Positions 27,429 through 35,749 of a DNA stretch of 64,000 nucleotides are shown piece after piece. The position numbers and the translations under genes were made by a program. Within the stretch, counting starts at the first letter, position 1. Each line of letters opens with the position of its first letter. The notes under the pieces were generated by a model. That model was not told the origin of the DNA and did not search any database. It saw nothing but the letters and a program-made list of their open reading frames with translations. Origin of the DNA: Deltaproteobacteria bacterium (GTDB taxonomy: Bacteria; Myxococcota; Kuafuiibacteriia; Kuafuiibacteriales; Kuafuiibacteriaceae); the NCBI GenBank assembly GCA_040218735.1, contig JAVJQW010000041.1, positions 32,001-96,000 on the forward strand, in the 5' to 3' direction.

Positions 27429-30119
27429 ATGAGCGACGGAGTGAGACTTCAGCCCCAGGTAGCCAAGCCCACCGTGGCGCAGACCGAAGCGCCGGTCGTG
27501 CAGCAGGAGGCGCCCGCGCAGAGCGATGCGATGCGCGACGTCTTCGAGCAGGCGAAGGCCACGCTCGGCGATCAGGCGCAGATGGGGACGCACATGAAGC
27601 GTCTCTCGAGCAGCCCGGTGTTCGAGACCGTGAAGCGCGCGATGGAGCGCTACACGCCGGCGGGCCAGCGCGTTCAGCCGGAGCATGTGCTGCTGCAGAT
27701 GGCGAAGGACCAGGGCCTGAAGCTCCCCGACGGCGCGGAGAAGAAGCTCCTCGACGCCGCGGCGCAGGAGCCCGGCAGCGGCTTCTCGGACAGCATGAAG
27801 CTGCTGGTGGTCGGCGCAAGCCTCCTCGCGGGCGACGCCGGCATGACGACCGAGCACCTGTCGAAGGCGATCGCCGGATCCGAAGGGGTGGCGGGCGAGG
27901 TGCTGAACGCCGCGCTGAAGAACGAGCAGGAGGAGCGCGTGCTCACCGGCGGGACGACGTCGGTCGACGGTGAGTTCAAGAAGCTCGACTCGCCGCTGGT
28001 GAACGAGCTCACCGAGGACCTCGTGTTGCTCGCGCAAGAGGGCTTGCTCGACCGCATCTCGGGTCGCGACAAGGACATCGAGAAGGTCGCGCGGATCCTG
28101 TCGCAGCGTCAGCTCAGCAGCGTGGTGCTCACCGGCGACCAGGGCGTCGGCAAGACGGCCGTGCCCGAGGGCCTCGCGATGATGATCGCGGACGGCAAGG
28201 CCCCCGCCGGGTTCGAGGACACGCGCATCATGAAGCTGCAGCTGTCCCGCCTCGCGAAGAAGTGCAACTGCCCGGGCGGTCCGAGCCCCGAGGACGTGAT
28301 CGCGGAGCTCGCCGCGGAGGTCGCGCAGGCGGCGCGCGCGGAGCCGCCGACGCAGATCGTCTTCTTCATCGACGAGATCGGCCAGAAGCTGCTCCTCGAT
28401 CCGCAGGCGCAGCTCCTCGCGCAGCAGATGAAGGAGTCGCTCGCGCGCGGGCAGCTCAAGATCATCGGCGCGTGCACGACCGACGAGTATCGCCAGTCGG
28501 TCCGTCAGGACCCGGCGCTCGCGAACCGGCTCCAGGCCCACGAGCTGCAGGAGCCGACGCCGCGTCAGGCGGTGCAGATGCTCCTGACCAACATGGAGAA
28601 ATTCGCGTCGTACCACGGCGTCACCTACGACGCGGGCGCGGCGCAGGCGGCGGTGGACATGGCGATCGGCGTCGGGCAGCGCGAGGACTTCCGCCTGCCG
28701 CGCGGCGCGCTCTACTGGATGGACGCCGCGGGTGCGGCGGTGAAGCTGAGCCTCAAGGGCGACCCGCCCAAGGTGCGTGTGCTGCGGCGGCAGATCGACG
28801 ACGCGAAGACGGCGCGGCGGGAGGCGGTCGGTGACTCCGACGGCGCCGAGCGCGTGCGTGACGTGCTGACGAAGCAGATCGACGCGATGGTGGAGCAGCT
28901 GACGGCGCTCCTCCCCGAGGTCGACAAGGAGCGCAAGCTGCGCTCCGACCTCATCACGCTCGGCGAGCAGCTTGCGACGGAGACGATCGCGGACGACCGC
29001 GACACGGATCGCATGGTGGATCTGAAGAAGCAGATCGACGCGATTCACGGCGAGCTGGAGGCGCTGCCGGAGCAGCACTTCTCGACCGTGGTCGACGCGT
29101 ACGCGATCTACAAGACGGTCGCGGACGATCGGGACATCGCGATCGATCGTGTCGTGCCGACGAAGAACGACGAGGCGTTCGAGCCGGCGAAGGTGCTCGG
29201 CAGCCGGGTGTTCGGTCAGGACCACGCGGTGCAGGAGGTCTCGCGGCGGCTCGTCTTGGACCGCGCGAAGCTGCGCGACCCATCGAAGCCGGTCGGCGCG
29301 CACCTGTTCTGCGGCCCGTCGGGTGTCGGCAAGACCGAGCTCGCCAAGGCGCTCGCGGACGAGTTCTACAACGGCGCGTTCGAGAACATCTCGTGTAACC
29401 GGCTGCAGGAGCGGCACGAGCTGGCGATCCTCAAGGGGGCGCCTCCCGGCTACGTCGGCTACGGCGAGACGATCGATCTCGCGGAGACGATCCGGAAGCT
29501 CAACGCGCGGGGCGGCGGTGTGCTGCTGCTCGACGAGATCGAGAAGGCGCACCCGGACATCTTCCCGCTGATCATGCAGATCATGGACGAGGGCTTCTTC
29601 CTCGACAGCAAGGGGAACCAGGTCGACTGCTCGCGCATCCACGTGGTGATGACGAGCAACCTCGGCAACGACATCTTCGCGAAGTACCAGGACGACGGGA
29701 AGTACAAGAACCCGGAGCGCATGGCCGCGGAGTTCGAGCGGGTGCGCGACGGGCGCATCCCGATCGAGGTCACGGGGCGCATCACCGAGATCGGCTCGAT
29801 CGACATCTTCAACCCGACGTCGAAGGCCATCCGCAAGCGCATCGTCGAATCGCAGATCGCGAAGATCGAGCAGTTCGGCGGCGACGGGCGCGCGTTGTCG
29901 ATCTCCGCGTCGCAGGAGGCCGTCCTGCAGCTCGCGACGATCGGCTTCCACCCGCGGCTGGGTGGTCGTGCGTTGAAGGCGGCGATCGCGAAGCACGTCA
30001 CGGACCAGCTCGCGAACGAAGTGATCGCCGGGCGCGTCCCGGACGGGTCGAAGGTGATGGTCGACTTCGACGGCACCAACTTCACGTTCGAGATCGGCAA
30101 GACGGGGGCGATGAGCTGA
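27429..30119 (+). CDS. Divergent ClpB/ClpV-like Hsp100 double-AAA+ unfoldase
   Basis: Clp N-repeat-like PEHVLL and TTEHL. NBD1 GDQGVGKT / FFIDE, then a coiled-coil middle domain. NBD2 GPSGVGKT, GAPPGYVGY, LLLDEIEKAHPD. No IGF/IGL ClpP-binding loop is visible. Confidence 0.88.
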   Translation: MSDGVRLQPQVAKPTVAQTEAPVVQQEAPAQSDAMRDVFEQAKATLGDQAQMGTHMKRLSSSPVFETVKRAMERYTPAGQRVQPEHVLLQMAKDQGLKLPDGAEKKLLDAAAQEPGSGFSDSMKLLVVGASLLAGDAGMTTEHLSKAIAGSEGVAGEVLNAALKNEQEERVLTGGTTSVDGEFKKLDSPLVNELTEDLVLLAQEGLLDRISGRDKDIEKVARILSQRQLSSVVLTGDQGVGKTAVPEGLAMMIADGKAPAGFEDTRIMKLQLSRLAKKCNCPGGPSPEDVIAELAAEVAQAARAEPPTQIVFFIDEIGQKLLLDPQAQLLAQQMKESLARGQLKIIGACTTDEYRQSVRQDPALANRLQAHELQEPTPRQAVQMLLTNMEKFASYHGVTYDAGAAQAAVDMAIGVGQREDFRLPRGALYWMDAAGAAVKLSLKGDPPKVRVLRRQIDDAKTARREAVGDSDGAERVRDVLTKQIDAMVEQLTALLPEVDKERKLRSDLITLGEQLATETIADDRDTDRMVDLKKQIDAIHGELEALPEQHFSTVVDAYAIYKTVADDRDIAIDRVVPTKNDEAFEPAKVLGSRVFGQDHAVQEVSRRLVLDRAKLRDPSKPVGAHLFCGPSGVGKTELAKALADEFYNGAFENISCNRLQERHELAILKGAPPGYVGYGETIDLAETIRKLNARGGGVLLLDEIEKAHPDIFPLIMQIMDEGFFLDSKGNQVDCSRIHVVMTSNLGNDIFAKYQDDGKYKNPERMAAEFERVRDGRIPIEVTGRITEIGSIDIFNPTSKAIRKRIVESQIAKIEQFGGDGRALSISASQEAVLQLATIGFHPRLGGRALKAAIAKHVTDQLANEVIAGRVPDGSKVMVDFDGTNFTFEIGKTGAMS

Positions 30120-30120
30120 G

Positions 30121-31653
30121 ATGCTGACCGGCCGACTCACCAGCGGCAGGGCGTTCGACGTCCTCCACGCGCCCGTGCTCGACATCGCGCTCGCCGAGAC
30201 GACGTCGAAGTTCGGGCCCGACCTCGCGAAGAGCGAGGCGGCGGTGCGTTGTCACCGCGCGATCGCGGAGCCGCTGCAGAAGGCGTTGGCCAACAGCAAC
30301 GACATCAAGTCGGTGTTCCGCGTCGACGAAGACGATCGCGCCGACCTCGACGTCCTCCAGATCGGCAAGACGCTGTTCCCGATGGTCGTCCGTCAGCTCA
30401 AACACGGGCAGATGGCGATCGAGCTGTACCCGCCGGGGAAGAAAAACGACTTCGACTTCACCGCGGCGAAGCGGCTCGGGGTCGCGGGCCTTTACGGGGC
30501 GAAGAAGAAGGAGCTCGATCGGCTCGTCGTGATTCGGGGCCACGGTCCCGGGACAGACCTCGTCGTCCGCGACAAAAACGTGATTCGCGACGTGTCGTAC
30601 GCGTGGGCGCTCTTCGAGGTCGCCGCGTTTGCGCTGCGGCGCGCGAACGCCCCGAAGAAGGTGACGACCGAGACGCGGTTCGACCCGGTGATGGAGGTCG
30701 ACGTCACCGTCGAGAAGAAGAAGACTTCGGGCGGGCGGCTCGTGGCGGCGCTCCTCGAAGGGAAGCTCGGCGCCCCCGCTGCCGGGCCGGCGCTCGCGCA
30801 CGAGCTGTGCGGGGTCGCGGTGCACCGCGGTCGCACCGTCGCCGTGACGGCGCGGCGCGCGACGGGCGAGGGCGTGCGGGTGCACTTCGAGACGAAGGAC
30901 GGGTGGCGGTCGCTTCCGATTCCGGCGGACACCGCGTGGCCGGTCGGCGGCGTGACCGTCGCGCAGGCCGGCAACAAACTCCACCTGCTCGGCGGCGTCG
31001 ACACCGACGGCGACGTGCTCGACAGCCACTTCACGGTCGACCTCGACAAACTCGACTTCGCAGGAGGCATCGAGAGGGAAGCGAACCTCGATGACCCTTC
31101 GGCGTGGGCGTCCGCGGTCGCCGACGGTCGGGACGTGTTCATCGGCGGCGGCGTCGCGGGCTTCATGGTGAAGGCGGGCGAGCAGCGGCAGCGCGAGAAG
31201 ATCACCAACCGCGGCTTCGCGCTCGTGCGGCGCGGCGGCCTCGCGGAGCGGGCTCCGGCGCCCGGCGACCTCACACGCAGCTACGCGCTCTGTCACGGCG
31301 GCTGTTTGTTCTTCGCGCCCGGCGACGCGCGCGACGGCAAGGTGCGCATCTACGACACCTCGAAGGCCGGCGCCTGGTTGACGTTGCCGAAGCTGCCGGC
31401 GTCGGTGGGGCTCGGACAGCTCTTCGTCGACGACCTGACGCTCTATTACGCGGGTGGCTTCACCGAGGACGGCAAACCGCACGACGGGATCTACGCGCTC
31501 GACCTGTCCGACGCCCGCGCGGAGTGGACGAAGGTCGGCCAGTCGCCGTTCTGCGCGGGGATGAGCCGCCTCGTCGACAAGGGCGACCGCGTCGAAGCCC
31601 TCGCGATCGCGCCCGGACAGAGCGCGGTCTACACGGCGACGGGGGTCGGGTGA
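30121..31653 (+). CDS. Kelch-repeat beta-propeller protein with unknown N-terminal domain
   Basis: NKLHLLGG, DVFIGGG and TLYYAGG blades. IYDT..AW and IYALD..EW motifs. Confidence 0.75.
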   Translation: MLTGRLTSGRAFDVLHAPVLDIALAETTSKFGPDLAKSEAAVRCHRAIAEPLQKALANSNDIKSVFRVDEDDRADLDVLQIGKTLFPMVVRQLKHGQMAIELYPPGKKNDFDFTAAKRLGVAGLYGAKKKELDRLVVIRGHGPGTDLVVRDKNVIRDVSYAWALFEVAAFALRRANAPKKVTTETRFDPVMEVDVTVEKKKTSGGRLVAALLEGKLGAPAAGPALAHELCGVAVHRGRTVAVTARRATGEGVRVHFETKDGWRSLPIPADTAWPVGGVTVAQAGNKLHLLGGVDTDGDVLDSHFTVDLDKLDFAGGIEREANLDDPSAWASAVADGRDVFIGGGVAGFMVKAGEQRQREKITNRGFALVRRGGLAERAPAPGDLTRSYALCHGGCLFFAPGDARDGKVRIYDTSKAGAWLTLPKLPASVGLGQLFVDDLTLYYAGGFTEDGKPHDGIYALDLSDARAEWTKVGQSPFCAGMSRLVDKGDRVEALAIAPGQSAVYTATGVG

Positions 31654-32087
31654 TGTTGGCGTATCCGACCGAGCTCAAGACCCGCATCGTGCAGCTGCTC
31701 GAAGACGTCGGGCCGCTCGCGCTCGTGAGCGGGATCGGCTTCGACGCCGATGACGAGGGGCTGCTCGCCGACAACCTGCGTGCCGTGCGCGAGGGCGGGT
31801 GGCGCTTCGTCGAGCTACCCGCCGAGCCGGACGGTGCGCGCCTCGCGCTGGTGGGTGCGTGGCGCGAGGAGGCCGTGGTGGTGCTCGTCCCCGACGCGCT
31901 GCCGCGCCCGCTCATCGAGCTGGTGCGTGCGTTCATCGACAAACGCGACGAGGTCGATCTCGGTGACTTCGAAAAACGTCGTCGCCGCGCCGACCAGAGC
32001 CTGGTGCTGCTGGTGAAGGGCGCGTCGATGCCGGAGCACGTCCCGGCTCCGCTGCGTCACGTGCCGTGTTGGGAGTTCCTGCCGTGA
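31653..32087 (+). CDS. Hypothetical protein (144 aa)
   Basis: TGATG overlap upstream and GTGA overlap downstream. Plausible globular alpha/beta sequence MLAYPTELK...WEFLP. Confidence 0.7.
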   Translation: MLAYPTELKTRIVQLLEDVGPLALVSGIGFDADDEGLLADNLRAVREGGWRFVELPAEPDGARLALVGAWREEAVVVLVPDALPRPLIELVRAFIDKRDEVDLGDFEKRRRRADQSLVLLVKGASMPEHVPAPLRHVPCWEFLP

Positions 32088-34993
32088 GCGACTACGGGCG
32101 ACTCGGGCCTCGCATCCGAGAGAAGATCCTCGAACGCTCCCCCGAGCAGGGTGACGTGCACGAGGCGATCGAAGCGTTCGCCAACGATGTCGGCGCGCGG
32201 CTGCTGCTCTCCGAGGGGGCCGGCGAGGTCGCGGTGCTCATCCCCGAGAGCGACGCGTACGAGGCGCCGAAGCGCCTGGAGATCTCCAACCGCGACAGCG
32301 GCGCGCTGATCGACGCCGTGCCGCGCTCCGGCTCCGTGCAGATCGAAGGCGTCGGGCGCTTCAGCCGCTACGTCGTCGAGCCGCACCGACTCGAGAAGGC
32401 GGCGGGCAAGGACGTCGCGCTCGGGATCCGCGGTGAGGACTGGTCACCGCTCGGCTTCGACGGGTGGTTCTTCGAGGACCTGCGCATGTGGGTCGACCTC
32501 GCGCGTCGCGACGAAGGCCTGGAGGTTCGCTCCGAGCTGGACCCCGAGCCCGACGGCGAGACCTGGATGCGCCTCGAGGCGGACCAGCGGTCGGCGCTGG
32601 AGAACGTGCTGCGTCGCGTGCTGCCGGACGTCGTGCATCGCTCGGTCCTCGACGAGGCGCAGGCGCTCGCGAAGGAGGCCAACGGTGCCTTCGACGCCGC
32701 GCTCGACAGCATCGCACTTACGCTCGGGAGCAGCGCGCCCGTCGAGCCGGAGCTCGGTGCACCCGCGACGCTCGACGCTGCGGCGCCGGTGCTCGAGTCG
32801 CTCTTCGGCGCAGGGGTGCTCGATCCGGACGCGACGCCGCCGAAGGGGTTGCTCGAGCTCGCCGCGGATCTGCTGAAGGAGCGCGGGCTGGAGGCGGCGC
32901 CGGTGCGGTTGGCGCTCCGCGGTGACGCCGTGGACCGCGCCGATCTCGACGCGGCGCTCGAGCGCGCGATGGGGCGTCGCTTCGTGACCGACCGCGAGAT
33001 GACGACTTCGCTCGTCGACGCGATCATCGATCGCCACGGCGAGGCGATGTCGTTCGCCGACGTCGAGGTGCTGCGTGACCTTCGCGTGGAGCTCGAGGAG
33101 CGCGCGCAAGTCGAGTTGCTCGGGCCGCAGGTCGCCGACCGTACGCTTCCCACGGCCTCGGCCGACAAGGCCCTCGACGATCTCATGAAACACCTGAAGG
33201 GCGGCACCGGCGTGGACGACGCCGCGCTCTTCACGCTCGCTTCGAAGGTGCAAGGCGCGGTCAACGCACCGCGCGGGCGCCCGCACGTGGTCGTCGTCGC
33301 AGGCGATCTCGGGCCCGGCGCGAACGAGGTGCTCGACCGCGCGATGGAGCTCGTCGGCCCCGACGCCGTGAAGCTCGCGGGTGACGAGATGCGCCTGTTC
33401 GACCCGGTCGGTTACCTCACCGGGTCGCCGATGGGGGAGCACGGCGCGGCGCCGTCGCGGTTGGTCGCAGATGGCGGTCGCCTCGTGGCGCGCATCGACG
33501 GGCTCGAGAAGATCGGCGCGCAGCTCCCGGACGAGGCGCAGCGCGAGCGGACGGCCGAGAGCTTCTTCGGGTTCGTCTCGCACCTCGAGCGTGAGGGCTG
33601 GTACCGGCCCGCGGACGGCAAGGGCGCCAACACGCCGGACGGACGGATGCAGCTCGAAGGCGGGATGTTGGTGCTGACGACGAGCGACTCGCCGAAGGCG
33701 CTGTCCGCGAAGATGTCCGACGACGTCTGGGCGCAGCTCGCGCCGCACGTCGTGGAGCTGAAGACCTCCGATGCGACCCGCCTCGCGGACGAGATTGCGA
33801 CGCAGGTGCGGCGCGCCGTGATGGACGCCGGGGAGTATCCGGACGCCCAAGTGGAGATCGGCGACCGGGCACGCGCGATGATCCGCGACCTCGCGGACGC
33901 GGGCATGAAGCCGTCGGTGCTGTCGCAGACGTTGATCGACTTCCTGGTGGAGCGCGTCGCGTACGCGGCGCTCGACGGTGCGCTGTCGCCGAAGCTGCGG
34001 ATCGATCTGCACCGCGGGCTCACGTCGAAGGAGCGCAAGACGGTGGTGGACGCGTGGGGCGAGGGGACGTTCCCGTCGCTCGCGGGCATCGGCGGTTGCC
34101 CGTTGGTGCTGCTCGACGAGGGGCACTTCGAGGGGCAGGCGAAGGCGTTCGATCCGAAGATTCGGGTGCGTGGCGATCACGTCGACCCGCGGCTGCAGGT
34201 GGCGGAGTACCAGGTCGCCCTCGCGGCTTCGAACCGTGACAACAAGGAGCTGCTGTCGGCGAACCAGCGCCTGGCCGAGTGGCTCGACGCGGCCGAGACG
34301 CGCATCAGCGATCTCGGGTACGTGAACACGCGGCAGAAGGCGGAGATCAAGGACCTCGTGCGGCTCAACAAGATCGCGGAGGAGACGATCGCGAGCCTGC
34401 AGTCCGATCTCACCGAGGCCAACGTGCGCATCGAAGGGCTCAACGCCGACCTGAAGAAGGCGAAGGACGCCGCGGAGGAGATCCGCGCCGCGCTGAAGAC
34501 CGCCGAGTCCGAGCGCGACGAGATCTACAAGACGCTGCGTCAGACCGAGGACGAGTTCTCGGATGCGGTTCGTGAGGTCGCCGGCTCGGCCGACACCCGC
34601 GACCCGAACGCGGTGCTCAGCCAGGTCATCGCGACGGGGCTGACGCGGAATCGGTTCCGCGACGGGCTCACGGAGCAGCTCTTCATGATCGCGACGTCGC
34701 AGGCGCTGGAGCGCTCCGGCGTGTTTGCGCGGTCGTTCAACAAGTGGGGCGAGATCACCAAGCTCGCCAAGAACTACGTGCTGGCGTGCGCGGCGCTGGA
34801 TCGTCCGGTCGACGGGCGGATCCTGAACGGCTTCGAGCGCGCCGCGCGCCTGTCGGGGAATGGGCGCGAGCGCAACTTGGCGCAGGCGTGGGAGCGCGAC
34901 GTCGGGCTCCCGTCCGGGTACGCGGGGCGCGACCCGAACATGCTCACGCATTCGATTCGCCAGCTGGCGAGGCTGGGGCTCATCCGCCTCTAG
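32084..34993 (+). CDS. Inactive Clp-D2-like AAA+ domain protein with C-terminal coiled coil
   Basis: RPHVVVVAGDLGPGAN (Walker A lost), YLTGSPMGEHG (~LIGAPPGYVG), ARIDGLEK (~LLDEIEK), MLVLTTS (~IIMTSN). Heptad coiled coil at ~34200-34570. Confidence 0.65.
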   Translation: MSDYGRLGPRIREKILERSPEQGDVHEAIEAFANDVGARLLLSEGAGEVAVLIPESDAYEAPKRLEISNRDSGALIDAVPRSGSVQIEGVGRFSRYVVEPHRLEKAAGKDVALGIRGEDWSPLGFDGWFFEDLRMWVDLARRDEGLEVRSELDPEPDGETWMRLEADQRSALENVLRRVLPDVVHRSVLDEAQALAKEANGAFDAALDSIALTLGSSAPVEPELGAPATLDAAAPVLESLFGAGVLDPDATPPKGLLELAADLLKERGLEAAPVRLALRGDAVDRADLDAALERAMGRRFVTDREMTTSLVDAIIDRHGEAMSFADVEVLRDLRVELEERAQVELLGPQVADRTLPTASADKALDDLMKHLKGGTGVDDAALFTLASKVQGAVNAPRGRPHVVVVAGDLGPGANEVLDRAMELVGPDAVKLAGDEMRLFDPVGYLTGSPMGEHGAAPSRLVADGGRLVARIDGLEKIGAQLPDEAQRERTAESFFGFVSHLEREGWYRPADGKGANTPDGRMQLEGGMLVLTTSDSPKALSAKMSDDVWAQLAPHVVELKTSDATRLADEIATQVRRAVMDAGEYPDAQVEIGDRARAMIRDLADAGMKPSVLSQTLIDFLVERVAYAALDGALSPKLRIDLHRGLTSKERKTVVDAWGEGTFPSLAGIGGCPLVLLDEGHFEGQAKAFDPKIRVRGDHVDPRLQVAEYQVALAASNRDNKELLSANQRLAEWLDAAETRISDLGYVNTRQKAEIKDLVRLNKIAEETIASLQSDLTEANVRIEGLNADLKKAKDAAEEIRAALKTAESERDEIYKTLRQTEDEFSDAVREVAGSADTRDPNAVLSQVIATGLTRNRFRDGLTEQLFMIATSQALERSGVFARSFNKWGEITKLAKNYVLACAALDRPVDGRILNGFERAARLSGNGRERNLAQAWERDVGLPSGYAGRDPNMLTHSIRQLARLGLIRL

Positions 34994-35004
34994 GAGCAAT
35001 CACC

Positions 35005-35745
35005 ATGTCGAGAACAGTCTACATCGATGGTCGAACCGTTCAGCTCATGGACTGCCACCGCATCATCAACGCGGCGATCGACGAGCTCAACGCGCGCCGC
35101 TCCGATTCGAACTGCGGTCACGCCGACGTCGTCAAGAGCGACCTCGACGTATCCAGCGCGGTCGAGGCGTTCCGCGAGTCGCGGTACCGCGACCAGATGG
35201 ACGAGCGGGACACGAACGAGCTGCAAGCCAAGTTGCAGAAGGACACGCCGGACTACTCGGCGGAGACGCTCGGCGACTGGCGGCCGGACGTATCGGTGCC
35301 GCCGGTGAAGGTCCACGAGAACGTGCGCGAGCAGGAGGGTGGGCGTCGGCTGGTCGAGATGCTCGACGTCCCCATGCTCGACGATCGCACGGCCGGGGTC
35401 GAAGGCGTGACGATCAGCGTCCTGGAGGTCGACGACGGCAGCGGCGGGACGTCCTACGAAATCGGGCTGGATTCGATCCTGTTCGACGACGAGGGCGAGT
35501 GGAAGTCGAGCAAGTCGAAGGCGGCCTGGGAGAGCTTCCTCGCGCGGCGCGCCGCCGAAGAGGGCGCGCAGGGCGACGCCGCACCGGCCCAGCGGAGCGG
35601 CGCAAAGGCCGAGCAGGCGATGCGCGTCGCGGGGCTCGCGAAGCAGGGGAGCCGGCGCGTCCCGGGCGGTCGAACGCAGACGGTGTTCGGCACGAACGAG
35701 ACGGTGACGAAGCCGGCCGCGAAGTCGTTCAAGGTCGGGGAGTGA
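35005..35745 (+). CDS. Hypothetical acidic protein (246 aa)
   Basis: AGGAG ribosome-binding site before ATG 35005. In-operon spacing of 11 nt upstream and 4 nt downstream. Confidence 0.7.
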   Translation: MSRTVYIDGRTVQLMDCHRIINAAIDELNARRSDSNCGHADVVKSDLDVSSAVEAFRESRYRDQMDERDTNELQAKLQKDTPDYSAETLGDWRPDVSVPPVKVHENVREQEGGRRLVEMLDVPMLDDRTAGVEGVTISVLEVDDGSGGTSYEIGLDSILFDDEGEWKSSKSKAAWESFLARRAAEEGAQGDAAPAQRSGAKAEQAMRVAGLAKQGSRRVPGGRTQTVFGTNETVTKPAAKSFKVGE

Positions 35746-35749
35746 GTCG

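Noticed and set aside
26966-30119. T6SS locus (ClpV plus EagR)
   Set aside because: No TssB/C, Hcp, VgrG, PAAR, baseplate or membrane-complex genes in the window. The Clp has a long ClpB-like middle domain.
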